From the human T2T-CHM13v2.0 reference genome, Homo sapiens: a stretch of DNA of 64,000 nt. The stretch lies in the NCBI RefSeq assembly GCF_009914755.1, contig NC_060929.1. One strand, 5' to 3'. A program made the translations under genes and the position numbers. The notes below the pieces were generated by a model. The model was not told where the DNA came from. It saw only the letters and a program-made list of their open reading frames with translations, and ran no database searches. Positions 42,227 to 54,790 of this stretch are shown piece by piece (the first letter of the stretch is position 1; the number at the start of each line of letters is the position of its first letter).

Positions 42227-43589
42227 AGCAAGCTTCCCTTCACTACCCCCATCCCTCCAGGGTGCCATGCTGATGGTGAATAGCGAAACTCACAGACAGC
42301 TCCATCTCTAACCTTGAGGTCTGATCAGGCTATTGATGCTCTGGCTGGGAGCCGCGCAGGGCAGCCTCCTCTGTAAATTCTCGCCTCTGCCCAAAAAATC
42401 CATTGTTAGGAGAGTGCTGCCATAGCAACAGAGGGCCACAAAAGGCAAAGAAACTGACAGTCACCCACACAAAGCGGGCTGGATCTGAGCTAATTAAAAG
42501 GTTCTCTGCTCAGGGTCACCTTCTAAATGAGGAGTGTCAGTCAGAAACCCTTGGGCATAAGCGACTCCCCCCAGGGGCCCCGGACACCCAGCCACCCAGC
42601 CACCCAGGCAGGTACTGGCTCTTCCTAGAATCTGTTCTGCTATTTCCCAGGTGAGGACCCCACAGTGCCCTGGTCACACTTTGGCTGGGCCATCTTATTA
42701 AATGGACTAAATCTACTTTTTGCCAGTAGGATCATAAAGCAGCAGACCTCAGTGATTGATTAAAAGCAGGCTGCTGTCCTCACATCCTGATTTAGGTCTG
42801 ATGTCGTTTGAAATTGAAATTGCTTTCAGAAGCTTCTGCAGGTTCTTGAAGGCTAGCTCTCAGAGTCTTAGAAGGTGGTAGGTTACTACTAGGTCTAAGC
42901 AAGACTGGAAGCCAGAGCTTTGGTGGTTGTCTTCCCTACTGTGGGTTCTTGGGACAGGTTGACTCCAAGGGTCTCCAATCGGCCAAGTGGCCTCTAGAAC
43001 GTGGAGTCAGGACCTTGCTCAACAAAGCCCTGGCTGCCCACTGGCATTCCCATCCCCATCACCTCCTGCCTACCCCTGTAGGCATAGCTCACACTGTCAC
43101 CCATACTATATCCTCACCTCCAAATAAATAGCTTCACTGAAAACACAGAAGGGCTTGAATTCCTATCATGATGCTGAGATCTGACCCTTTAGAAATCAGT
43201 CGAAGCAATGCAGGAACAGAAAGTGAAGTCCCAGAGAAACGAATGCAGCCTCAAGGAGAGGCCAGAATGTTATACAGGACACAACACTTAAAAAAGAAAT
43301 CTGACAGCCCTGGGGAAGCGGCCAGACAGCTGAGACCAAAAACTTTGCTGCAACCTACGTGGGTTTCCCCACAGACTAAAGCAGTGAACTCCGTGGCAGC
43401 TCAGCTCTGCTGCTGTCCTGGTGTTGCGTCTCCAGCAGCTTCCCGGGACAACACAGCCCCACATCTAAAGTCACCCAGGGAGTATTGTTGAGATTCAAGA
43501 TCTTCAAAGACAGCCTCATTCAGTCGTTCCTTTTCCCAATGGCCAGAGATCCTTGCTGAGGGATTCAAACTACTTAATGCCGTGGGTTC

Positions 43590-43790
43590 TGGGGTCAGAA
43601 TATTTACATCCCAGCTTCATCCTTTATCTCTGTATGAGACAAGTTATCCAATTTTTCTTCGCCTCTGTTTCATCAGCTTAAAATGATGACAATAGTTATC
43701 CTTCCTGAAGTCATGAGGGAATTAAATAAGATAATCTGTATAATGCTTAGAAGGGTGCCTGGAGCATAGTAAGTCCTTAGTAAGCATTGG
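43590..43790 (+). mobile_element. MIR
   Basis: TGAGGGAATTAAATAAGATAAT...GCTTAGAAGGGTGCCTGGAGCATAGTAAG. Confidence 0.75.
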
Positions 43791-44150
43791 TGTGTTCCTT
43801 CAGGTGCATGGTAACAAGCTCTAACCTGAGAAGCTTCAAAATGCAGTTGCTTAAAAAAGAAGTATCTCTCACTAACCAGTTGCATTGTGCTGGCCCTGGG
43901 CAGGTGGGACAGGGCTCCCCCAGGAGCCATTCAGGAGGCCCGGGTTCTTTCTGTCTTTTTGCTCCACCACCTGCATTCTAACCCATGGGAAGGAAAGGGA
44001 AGGAACAGAGTCTGAGACGAGTGAAACTGGGGCTTCACAGCTCAGGACACAACCTGGGGGTGCAGAAATCACTTCCACCCATGTCCTGTCGGCCCAGAAT
44101 TAGTCACATGGCCACATCTGGTTCCACGGGGGTGGGAAACGTAGTCCCCA
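43791..44150 (-). mobile_element. Old MLT1 (J/K-like) LTR
   Basis: ATCACTTCCACCCATGTCCTGTCGGCCCAGAATTAGTCACATGGCCACATCT...GGGAAACGTAGTC. Confidence 0.6.
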
Positions 44151-46140
44151 GCAGTCTCCATCATGTTATTTATCACCCAATACCACATTTCATGAGAAAA
44201 CAATGCAGAGATTAGTTCAGGTCAAAACCAAGAGCATAGACACGTACCTTGTGAAAGGCAAAGGTATGACAGATGTCCATCCAAGCCCACTTGAGGATGC
44301 TCATTGTGGTCCCCAGACACACTAAGGCTCACTGTTTTGGAGCCCCATGGGTACTAAAGTACACAGGGGAGGTGGCTCCCCATGCCCAGAGCGGCATGTC
44401 CCCGGGGCAGGGTCTGGAATCTGACGGTGTATGGAAGAGTCCTTCCCCATCCCTCCCTGGGGACCCTGTGCAGAGTTCCTGGGATCGCTGTGCCTGGCAG
44501 GTGAGAAAGTGGTGAGCAGGGTGCATTCCAGGCTCCTACACCCCATCCCCGCAGGATGGCATGAACTCACAAAAGCCAGGAGCGGAGGTGTGGGTAAGAG
44601 CTCCTGACCTTCACCTCCATGGTGGCCTCCAGTCAGACTCCCAATGCTAAGTGCTGCTGCTTTCTGTTACCTTGTGCACCTGCAGGTCCCTGGCCTTGGC
44701 CTGCCCTGGCTTTCATATCCTCTGGCCAGGCCCTGTTTTGGGACTTGTGCAGGCCTCTGACTGTACCCTGGCTTCCATGGAGCACATCACCTCCCATAGA
44801 CCAGAGCCCTGTCTCATCTCCAACTCCAGCCAGGCAATGCCTCAATCCCCTGTGAGCAGTTACACTTCTCCCTGATCCTCCTCCCCTTCAAATCCTCAAG
44901 GCACCTCTTGAGCAACCAGGAAGCAGCCTCTGTGAAATGCCCAGCGCAACCTTCCACATGCGGCCAGGACTCACGGGCTGCCAGGGTCCTTGTCCTTTCA
45001 CCCAGGAGCTAGGCAGAATCTCCTCAGAAGAACATACTGAGGATGCTCCCAGCTAAGCAGCCATAGCTGCTCTGGACTTCAGGCTGTCTGTTAGAGAATT
45101 AGGCCTCCAGCAACTGCTTTAATGCTCCCTATGGTCTATGGTAGCTAAATTTCCATTTCGGCAGCTGCTACAAGGTTTGGCTCATCCATCTGCCTGGCTG
45201 CCTTATTAGAATCTATTTTTACTTATCACTAAGAGTTAAATAGATAAGGACTTCAAGATGGATGTAAAACTTTGTTAAAATTAGCCATTCATTACTAACT
45301 GCCTTAGAAATGAAAGCCAAACCATGCACTTTCTGAAATAATTTGGAGCATAAAGATGAAGCTATTTATCAATTAATTTAAACTTAAGTGAGGCTTTTGC
45401 ATACAGAGGAACTTTAGGATTTGGTCTAATGGATTAAATTTAGACTACCCCACAAATGAATTCCGAGATCCTGGTTATATCTATTCACAAAGCTGTGACT
45501 TCCTGAAGTTTTCTTGGCAGAGTGAAAGAATATATTAAAATCTGGACTTCTTGTGTGTTTCCCAGAAGAAATCAGCAGGCAGTTTCTTCTACCATAAAAT
45601 TAATCCATAAAGTAAATGAACATAATAATGTAAGAAATAATTCTGCTGGGGCACTCAGGTCCTTTAATGCCAACAATATCCAGTGAAGATTTTTCTTTGT
45701 CATTCTAAGGCCCTTTGAAAAATATGTCAAATCTTGTCGAATCAAATTTGAAACATACCATAAAAGATTTCCAGGAAGCTCTTATGAGGATAAAAATGAA
45801 GACTTATAGCAATGGAAATAAATCTGATTTCTAAAACGATTTTTGATAATGTTGCATTAATGACCTAGGGAAATTCTTATCAGGAGAAGTATTAGGCCAC
45901 AGGTATTCAATCAGCAAAGAAATGTTGAAGTGGGGAACTTGCAAATTAAAGATAGCACCATTTGTCTTAAATCAATAAGTGGAAAGATTACAGGAACAAA
46001 GTCCCCAAGATATAAAGTGGAAAATCAAGCCTGATTTGATTTATCTCATCCAGCACTCAGAGACATAAATACCATAAGTTCTGATTCCAAAGATTCTATA
46101 GAAGAATCAGTGTCCAGAGAAAAGGAGCAAATGATTCTAC

Positions 46141-46223
46141 GGAAGGCGGAGGAAGATGAGAAGGAGAGAAGGATGAAGAGAAGGAGGAGGAGAATGAGGG
46201 GAATTAGAAGAAGGAGGAGGAGG
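46141..46223. repeat. GA-rich low-complexity tract
   Basis: (GGA/GAA)-rich polypurine run. Confidence 0.75.
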
Positions 46224-47832
46224 CTTTTACATACAAACAGAGCGAAATGCCTGAATTTATTCCCTCCAAAATAGTTTGAAAAAATAGTACCAGTAACTTG
46301 GAAATTGGGTTTACATCAGAACTGGAAAGACCCCATCTCATGCTGATTTGTACATCACAAACCTCAGCCCAAAAGCCGGTAGAGCCCTGGCCACCTGGTT
46401 CCAGGAGAGGAGCCAGTGGCCCACTCTCCCCTCTCACAGAGGCCCTGGGCCACCAGATACCCACACAGACGACCCAGAGATAGGGAGAGGGGGCTCCACA
46501 GAGAGGCAATGGCAGACCATCAGCCCAGAGCCTCACAGCTATAGGTTCCTCAGACCATGGACTCCCAGGCTCCACTTCCACCCAAGAGCCCTGCACCTGC
46601 TCACTCCTGAGGAGTTGAGGCCTCCTCCGCAGGACCACACAAGGAAGATGCTCAAAGACTGTAGGTTTTTGTTGCATGTCCTGCTGTTCCATCTTTTTAA
46701 AAAGAGACATTGATGCCAGAAAATGGTTGACAATGTCCAGTCAGAAACCTCGAGGTGGGATGTTCCCAGATGTTTGTATAATCTAGAACAAGCTCAGCTT
46801 GGTTCCCCTGCTGGAGGGGTCAGTGCAGCTGGCCCTCCAGGGATGATGCATCAGGACATCCAGGAACGCAACCTCTGATGGTGCAGCTCACAGGCCACAC
46901 TGGCTGCTGCTGACATCTTTGCATTGCAATTGTATTAAGAGCCAAGAGGCATTTCAGAATAAGTATGGATCACAGTTTAACAAGTACATGCAGTGGTACC
47001 CAGTGCAGAAAACCACTTAATCCAGAAAGGAGCAGAACACATGTATTAAGGTGTGAACACAGAAGAGGAAACATCTTAAGATGCATTCTTGCTGTCCCTG
47101 AATTTCCCCAAGAGTCTCCCCCCTTCTCATGGGTCCTGGGGTGAAATCCAGGGGTCTCTTGGAGAATCAAACGGGTTATTTTGAGAACAGCATGAGCAGG
47201 TGAGTTTGGGGGCCTATGAGAGGATGGAATATTCATTGAGATAATGGCAAAGCAGGTGGCTGCGGCAGGTATCAGGCAGAATATTAAAGGCATGAGAAGA
47301 ATGTAGTGTGAACTGAGCCTTAACCAGCTCCAGAATCTTCCAAAGATCAAACAGCCTCTTTAGTATTCAAGTGCAGCCACTCAGGAGTCCAGGCCTTGGC
47401 CCAGAGAGCTAGTAGGAAGTTTTCATTCTTCTTTCGTGCTAATGTTTATGACAAGGCCAGTTCTCTCCTTACCCTACACACCCTTCCCTGTCAAATGCCT
47501 TAGAAGTATGAAGAAGATGGAAAACTAAAAGAATCTACAGAAATATTTGAGTCTCCTTTGGTGATCATTCCAACCTTAATTTATCTGAATAATCATGTGT
47601 ACCTGGAGCTAGGAAGGAGTGGAGAGAGGGAGCTACATCCTGGGACCCACCTCTTCCTCCTCCCATCCTAAGGCAACATTTCAGAGTGCATGAAGGTGGC
47701 TTCAGCAACAGGTATCCCAATTCTTGGGACCCTCCCCTTCCTTCCAGTGTCCCTCTGTGGTCCTGGGCTGCCCACAAACTCTACCCCAATCGCCATCCCT
47801 CTCCCTGATGCCTCCACGTGGGTGTTGAAAGG

Positions 47833-48193
47833 TGATATGGTTTGGCTTTGTCCCCACCCAAATCTCACCATGAATTGTAGCTCCCATAATCCCCACATGT
47901 TGTGAGAGGGACCCAGTGAAAGGTAATTGAATCATGGGGGTGGGGCTTTCCCCTGCCATTCTCATGACAGCAAATAAGTCTCAGGAGATCTGATGGTTTT
48001 ATACAGGGCAGTTACCTGCACACGTTCTCTTGCCTGCTGCCATGTAAGACGTGCCTTTGCTCTTCCTTCATCCTCCACCATGATTGTGAGGCCTCCCCAG
48101 CCATGTGGAACTGAGTTCGTTAAACCTTTTTGTCTTTATAAATTTCCCAGTCTTGGGTATTTCTTCATAGCAGTATGAAAATGGATGAATACA
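47833..48193 (+). mobile_element. THE1C solo LTR
   Basis: TGATATGGTTTGGCT...TTCTTCATAGCAGTATGAAAATGGA(T)GAATACA. TSD AAAGG/AACGG. Confidence 0.92.
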
Positions 48194-48199
48194 AACGGG

Positions 48200-48920
48200 C
48201 ATCTCAAACAGCACAGCCCTCCTCAAGAATTCTGCTCCCCGCCAGCCTCCCAGCTCTGAGTACTGGCACACCATGATCCTAGTTGCTCAGATAAAACATC
48301 AAAGAATTATTCTTGATTTCTCAGTTTCTCTCACATCCTACATACAACACTTATTAACTCCACCTGCAAAATAGCCCAAAGCCAAGTCTGGACCAAGAGC
48401 ATCTCTTACCTGGATGATCAAAATAGACATACTCGGACTCCCTGCTCCCACTGACACCCCCTCCAGCTCCAGTCCATTAGCCACACAGCAGTCAGAGGGA
48501 TCTTGAAGATGCACATATCAGATTGTATCACTCTCCACTTCAGCCCCTCGTCCATAGAAACTCTGGGTTCAGTGGAGCTAGTAGCTAAAAAAATTAATGT
48601 GGTGACGATACAGGAATGCAGACTGTAGGTAGCTCTTGAATGCCACATGCCTCCCCAAAGCCCCCCAGGTGCATTTCTCAGGTGCAGACTTTGTTCCTGA
48701 GCTCTGGGTTCTCACTTCTAAGTGCATACTCATTACCTTTACTCCAGTGTCTCAACACAATCTTCAGCTCAGCATGTCAGTAGATGAACTCACCCTCATG
48801 CACACCCCTCCCACCACAAACACAGTCCCCAGTGTTCCCTGCTTGGTGACTGGCACTCCCACAACCCAGCTGCGCAAGTCACAGCCTGGGTATGGTCCTT
48901 CCTTCTCCTTCTCCTCTCCC
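48200..48920 (+). mobile_element. L2 fragments
   Basis: GGCACACCATGATCCTAGTTGCTCAG, CCACACAGCAGTCAGAGGGATCTT, CTCAGCATGTC...GAACTC. Confidence 0.6.
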
Positions 48921-50327
48921 AGTACCAACTCAGCACCAATGAAGAGGAACCTCCCCTCTCCCCAGGGAATCCCAGCTCTGGAACGCATGCTTTCAGTGCA
49001 GTGTCTTCTACTGCATGAAAGAACGTGTCTAATACATCCTTCAGTGTAATTATCTGTTCAATAACTGCCTTCTCACCAAAGCGTGGGCTCCAAGTGGGCA
49101 GGGAAGGGGACTGCCTCTGATTTGCTTGTCTGCATCCCAAGGGCAGAGGGCAGTATCTGCTTCCATGTCCAAGTTTTGAACTACTGTCTCCTGGTTGGCA
49201 ACATATTTTCATATAGAATCAAAAGTCTGAACACAAGAACTGCTGCTAAACCTGGAGGACTAGGGCACCTTGAGAGAACAGGGATCTAGGTATATTGGTG
49301 CAGGTAAGTCTTCTCCTTATGAGGAGAAGCTACTAATTTTGACATTTACAGCATCTGACAAAATGCTGCCAGGACAGAATCAATTAAAATAGTGGTAATC
49401 ATAATTGGTACTAGTATTTGTCCAGAGCATTAGAATTCCCAAAGTATTTCACGTGCATTACTGAATACTGCAAAGACGTCTAAGGGAACTCAAAGACACC
49501 AAACAGAGTGGACACAGCCCTGCTCCATAATCTATTGGCAACGTTGATTGGACAAGTGGCGGAAATGGCCCAAAGAGCGCACTGAACTGATACAGGCTCA
49601 GAGAAGCACAGAGTGACATGGAAGAGTTTTATGGCTCAGTGAAAGACGACACTCCCTCAAAAGATGGATTAAAACTGGTCCAGAGCATGGCAGCACCTTC
49701 CTCACACGTTCTCACCTGCGTTTTGAGGCTCTTGCATCCTATGTCATCCCAGATGTCACCATCAGGACTTTCTTTCTAGTTATTCAAGCCGTGACCACTT
49801 CCCCTTTGTAAACAGCCCTTGGGGAGAACTCATCCTGGATTGCATGTGCATTGCCCATGTGTGAGGAAGAAGCACCCGTAAAGATCATTTATTGCCAAGT
49901 GATACATAATGCGGACCATGAGCAACTCTCTCTGCATCCTAAACAGCCCTCACAAAACATCATCAGCTAAAGAGAGGGGGACTGACAGTGGACTACGTCC
50001 CAGCAGAGTCAGGCGCAGTGTCACACTCCTCCTGCAAGTGGGCCCCTCCCCACCAGAGAGCTTCCTAGCTTGCTCTTTCAAAGAAAACAGAAAATAGAAA
50101 AGGACTCTGAAATGTGTCTTGCATGCTCGCCTGATTTCAACGTGACAGCATTTCACATCAGCTTTGCAGGAAAATCTTGTTATTCTAAACTGCTTTTGCT
50201 GTTCTCGTTGTTTCATCTGAGCTGTTTCCTTTTGTTTCATTTTGCTCCCCCAGTGAGGAGGTGTTGGTTTCATGTAGCACATGCTCAAGGATTCCATAGG
50301 AAATAATCATAATCTCAGATTGGCATG

Positions 50328-50557
50328 AGCACACACATATGCACACACATGTACAAGTAACACGGAGATGTGCACACAACACACACATACACGCTCACAT
50401 AAAAGTAACATGGAGAGGTGCATGCTACACACACATACACATACAAATAACAGAGATACACACACAACACAATATACACATGCACACACATACAAATAAC
50501 ACAGAGACATGCACACAACACACATATACAAACACAACACACAAACCCACACACACG
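50328..50557. repeat. CA-rich degenerate minisatellite
   Basis: About 4 repeats of AA(G/A)TAACA..GAGA...CACACAACAC embedded in (CA)n. Confidence 0.8.
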
Positions 50558-50754
50558 TTTCCTATAACTACTGGTGTGATAATCCAAATATAATCCTGCC
50601 TCGTAAAGTAACCAAGACGTGTTCCACTTAGGAAAAGGTCAAAAGCAACAAACAAAGAGCAGAGGAGAGCCAGGGAGGGGGACGTCTTTGCCTGCAGCTT
50701 CCAAGTGACTTCCCCACAGATGCCAGATCCATGATTCTGAGTCTCCAATGTGCC

Positions 50755-50875
50755 TCTGGGTTGCTTGGAGACCTTGTTAAAAAATTAGATTCCTGGCTCC
50801 CACCCCAAAAAGTCTGATTTATTGGGTCTTGTATGTTGCTCTAAGTCTGTTTTTCTAACCAGCACCCTACTTGAC
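50755..50875. mobile_element. MER5A (hAT-Charlie) fragment
   Basis: CTTGTTAAAAAATTAGATTCCTGGCTCCCACCCCA...TCTGATT...TTTCTAACCAGCACCC. Confidence 0.6.
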
Positions 50876-51350
50876 TAGGAAGCTCTTGGCCCAAGGGTGT
50901 GAGGCTGAACACTGCTCTCCTCCTCAATGCCCTTCAAGCAACCTCTGAAGGCCAAGATGAAACACCTGGGCCAGGCCCTGGGTTCTCTGGCCCTGCTCCA
51001 GTACAGGCCTGATCTCCTCGACAACATACCCTTAGCTGTCTCTGGTCCTAAAGTTTAGCCCATAGCTAAGACACTTCTAACCCCAGGAAAGCAGCTCCAC
51101 GTCTCACGGCACCAGGCCTTCATCTGTTCAGCAGCTCACCTTACTTCCTGGACCTTCTTCTGCCCAAGTGCCCAACCCCAAACCATGCATGGTCACCCCC
51201 AGCGTGGCCCTTTCTCATCACCCCAAACCCCTCTGTGGCATGTCTAGGGCAACCCTGACCCAAGTTGAGCCAACCCAAGTCCCATCCCAGGGAATCCCGA
51301 AACTCAAGCTGGGTGAAGGATATGAGTTCCTCTCTAGGTGGCGAAAGCTC

Positions 51351-51424
51351 CACAACACACACAAAACAACACAACACAATACACACAACACAGCACAACA
51401 CACACAGCACAACACAACACACAC
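51351..51424. repeat. (CACAA)n-like simple repeat
   Basis: Direct reading. Confidence 0.85.
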
Positions 51425-51576
51425 TTTCCATCATGGGAATATCAAAGAGGGGGCAGGGGATGGGGAAAGAAGTAAAGGAGGCAGGTGCAGTGGGCTCTTG
51501 TTCCTCCTTGGATCGCTGTTCCTCCTTGGATCCCTGTTCCTCCTCTTCCTGCAAGTCTTTCCTCCATGATGCTTCC

Positions 51577-51953
51577 TGTATGAGTCAGCTAGGGCTGCTA
51601 TAACAAAATACAAAGGTGCAGCAGCTTAAACAATAAAAACTTACTGTCTTGCAGCTCTGGGGGCTGGCAGTCCACAATCAAGGTGTTGGCAGGATTGGTT
51701 TCCCTCTCCTTGGCTCATAGATGGCATATTTTCCTCGTGTCCTCACATGGTCTTCCCTCTGGGTATGTCTGTGTCCTAACATCCTCCTCTTTTAAGGACA
51801 CCTGTCAAACTGGATTAGGGCCCACCCAGATGAGCTCATTTTACCTAAATGACCTCTTTCAGGACCCAACCTCCAAATACAGTCATAGTCTGGAGTACTG
51901 GAGTTTAGGACTTCAACTTACGAATGTTGGGGGGACACAATTCACCCACAGCA
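51577..51953 (-). mobile_element. MLT1B LTR
   Basis: TGTATGAGTCAGCTAGGGCTGCTATAACAAAATAC, TAAGGACACC, GGATTAGGGCCCACCC, TCCAAATACAGTCA. Confidence 0.9.
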
Positions 51954-52336
51954 CACTCCAGCATTGTTATAATAAATATGTCTTTTGGATTTAAGCCCCT
52001 TTGAATCAGAAGGAGTTTGTGCTACAAAACATAGCTTCTCTACATTGCTGGGCAGGTCCAGGCAGGAGAGCTTGGGAGTTGCTGATTTGGATTGACTGCT
52101 CCCACTGGACTGAGAGTGCCTTTATGTCACAGACCGTGTTGCACTAGACATGTCTCCGCAGAACAGGCACAGCCCCAGCCCATGCTCCCACCCATCTGTG
52201 TAATACAAAAGTGGGCACCACGTGCCCATCCTCCTGTCTCAGGAAATTCAGAGAAGTCAGCCCCTGAAGAAAGCTTTGCAGAGATTTGCAAAGCTTCAAT
52301 GTTTGTGCCTGGCCTTGTTCCTGACATTCTTCAGCC

Positions 52337-52359
52337 AAAAAAAAAAAAAAAAAAAAAAA
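52337..52359. repeat. poly(A)23
   Basis: Direct reading. Confidence 0.95.
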
Positions 52360-53098
52360 GTATCGTTAAGAATTATTACTTAGAGATTGAATGTTTTTAT
52401 TGGGGTTCTAGGAAGCCAGGGATTTCTGAGTACTGTATGAATCACAGAAAAGAACCTTGGTTATTTTTTACCCAGAAATTGGCCGCATTTGATCACGGAA
52501 AAATGTAATCACTTATGAAATGCAATTTCCTTTGATGCTATTTCAGTGTTGACTCAAGAACACCCTTACCAGAGAAGGAAATGGTTAGGGAGAAGCAGCC
52601 CTGTCCTCTCTCCTCCGTCTGGCCTGGAGACCTGATTGGATTGTGTCCAGAAACTCCAAGTCCCTGCCTTACAAAACAGCTTCCTTCCAGGTGAGTGTAC
52701 ACCTAAAGAATTATAAAATTAAAGAAGCCCTCTCCTTATTCTTCTCAAATCAGTAAATCTTAAACTCTGACAATGTCAAGCATTAGTAAGGCGGTAAAGA
52801 AGTGAGCATTCACACTTCTGGTGAGATGATAAAGTTGGCACAATTTGGAAAGCGTACTGGTCACGCTTAGCAGAGAAGAAGATGTGCACACACTATAGTT
52901 CTGAGAAACTTGTATACATGTCCAAGAAGATATCCAAGAATGGTTATTGCATTACTGTTTGCAATGGTGAAAAATGAAGAACAGCTTAAATGTTTATTGA
53001 AAGAATAACATAAAAAATTTGAAAACTCTAAATGTATCAAATACATGAATTTTCAAATCATAATCTTGAGTAAAGAGGGCAAGTTGCCATATGGATTT

Positions 53099-53685
53099 CG
53101 TACAGGAAAGAGTTAACATCACAAGCCTGCGGCCACTATCCCTGGAAAGGCCTGTTTGTATGGTGGGCCCTTGGCTAGTGTCTGAGACCTTGGATGCTAA
53201 GATGGTTCCCACTATTCCCAGGCTGATAAGAGTGCCTCACTGCGCCTAAACTGTACAGACTACATGGTTATGCTGGACACCTGCTTTCTTTCTGAGAATC
53301 TGGAATGTGTGTCAGGCAAAGGGTGCTGATATGTATGTGTCAGGCAAAGGGTACAGATGTGATCAGTCCCCAATAAAAACATAAAAACCTTGGACACTAA
53401 GTCTCCAATGAGCTTCTTTGGTTGATAACCTTTGCACATGTTGTCTTAACTCATTGCTAGAGCAACTGAATGCATCCTGTGTGACACCACTTGCGGAGAC
53501 TCTCAGAAGCTCACGCCTGGTTTTCCCCCAGACATCTCCCCATGTGCCCTTTCCCTTTGCTGGTTTTGCTCCGTGTCCTCTCCCTGTAAGCAATCATAGC
53601 ATGAAGTGAACGACTACGTGCCGAGTCCTGTGAGTCCTCCTGGACCAATCACTGAATCTGAGGGCAGTGTCCAGGACCCTACTCA
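53099..53685 (+). mobile_element. MER68-like ERVL solo LTR
   Basis: GAAAGAGTTAACAT...GAAAGGCCTG...CTGATAAGAGTG...GAGTCCTGTGAGTCCTCCT. Confidence 0.8.
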
Positions 53686-53898
53686 TAGATATAAAAAAAG
53701 AATAATTTATTTTAAGTTTGAAAACATGCAAAACAAGACGATTCATTGTTTATGGAGACATCTGTATGATGCGAAAATATAAAACATGCCCAGGAGTGAT
53801 AAGCAAGCAAATGGGTTAGGGAGGTGATACAGTTTGTAATCACCAGTGGTAGAGGTGGGGCCAGGCGGGAGGTATTAGATCATGAGGCAGATTTCTCA

Positions 53899-54285
<387 letters not shown>

Positions 54286-54419
54286 AAAGTGCGGCACCTC
54301 ACACACCCCTGCTCCTGCTATCTCCGTGTGGTGCATCTGCTTCCCCTTCACCTTCTGCCATGACCAGAAGCTTCCTGAGGCCTCTGCAGAAGCAGATGCC
54401 ACTATGCTTCCCATACAGT

Positions 54420-54790
54420 TGATATGGTTTGGCTATGTTCCCACCCAAATCTCATCCTGAATTGTAGTTCCCATAATCCCTGCACATCATGGGAGGGACC
54501 AGGTGAAGATGATTGAAACAGGGACAGTTTCCCCCATCCTGTTCTCATCATGGGGAGTTAGTTCTCATGAGATCTGATGGTTTTATAAGAGGCTTTTTCC
54601 ACTTTGCTCAGCCCTTCTCCTTGCTGCCACCATGTGAAGAAGAATGTGCTACTTCCCCTTCCACCATGATTGTAAGTTTCCTGAGGCCTCCCCAACCACG
54701 CTGAACTGTGAGTCAATTAAACCTCTTTCCTTTATAAATTACCCAGTTTCGGGTATGTCTTTATTAACAGAGTGAGAATGGACTAATACA
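54420..54790 (+). mobile_element. THE1D-like solo LTR
   Basis: TGATATGGTTTGGCT...GACTAATACA. TSD ACAGT/ACAGC. Confidence 0.9.

Noticed and set aside
52300-52360. Poly(A)23 as the tail of a processed pseudogene
   Set aside because: No upstream AATAAA, no convincing TSD and no recognisable mRNA or SINE body.
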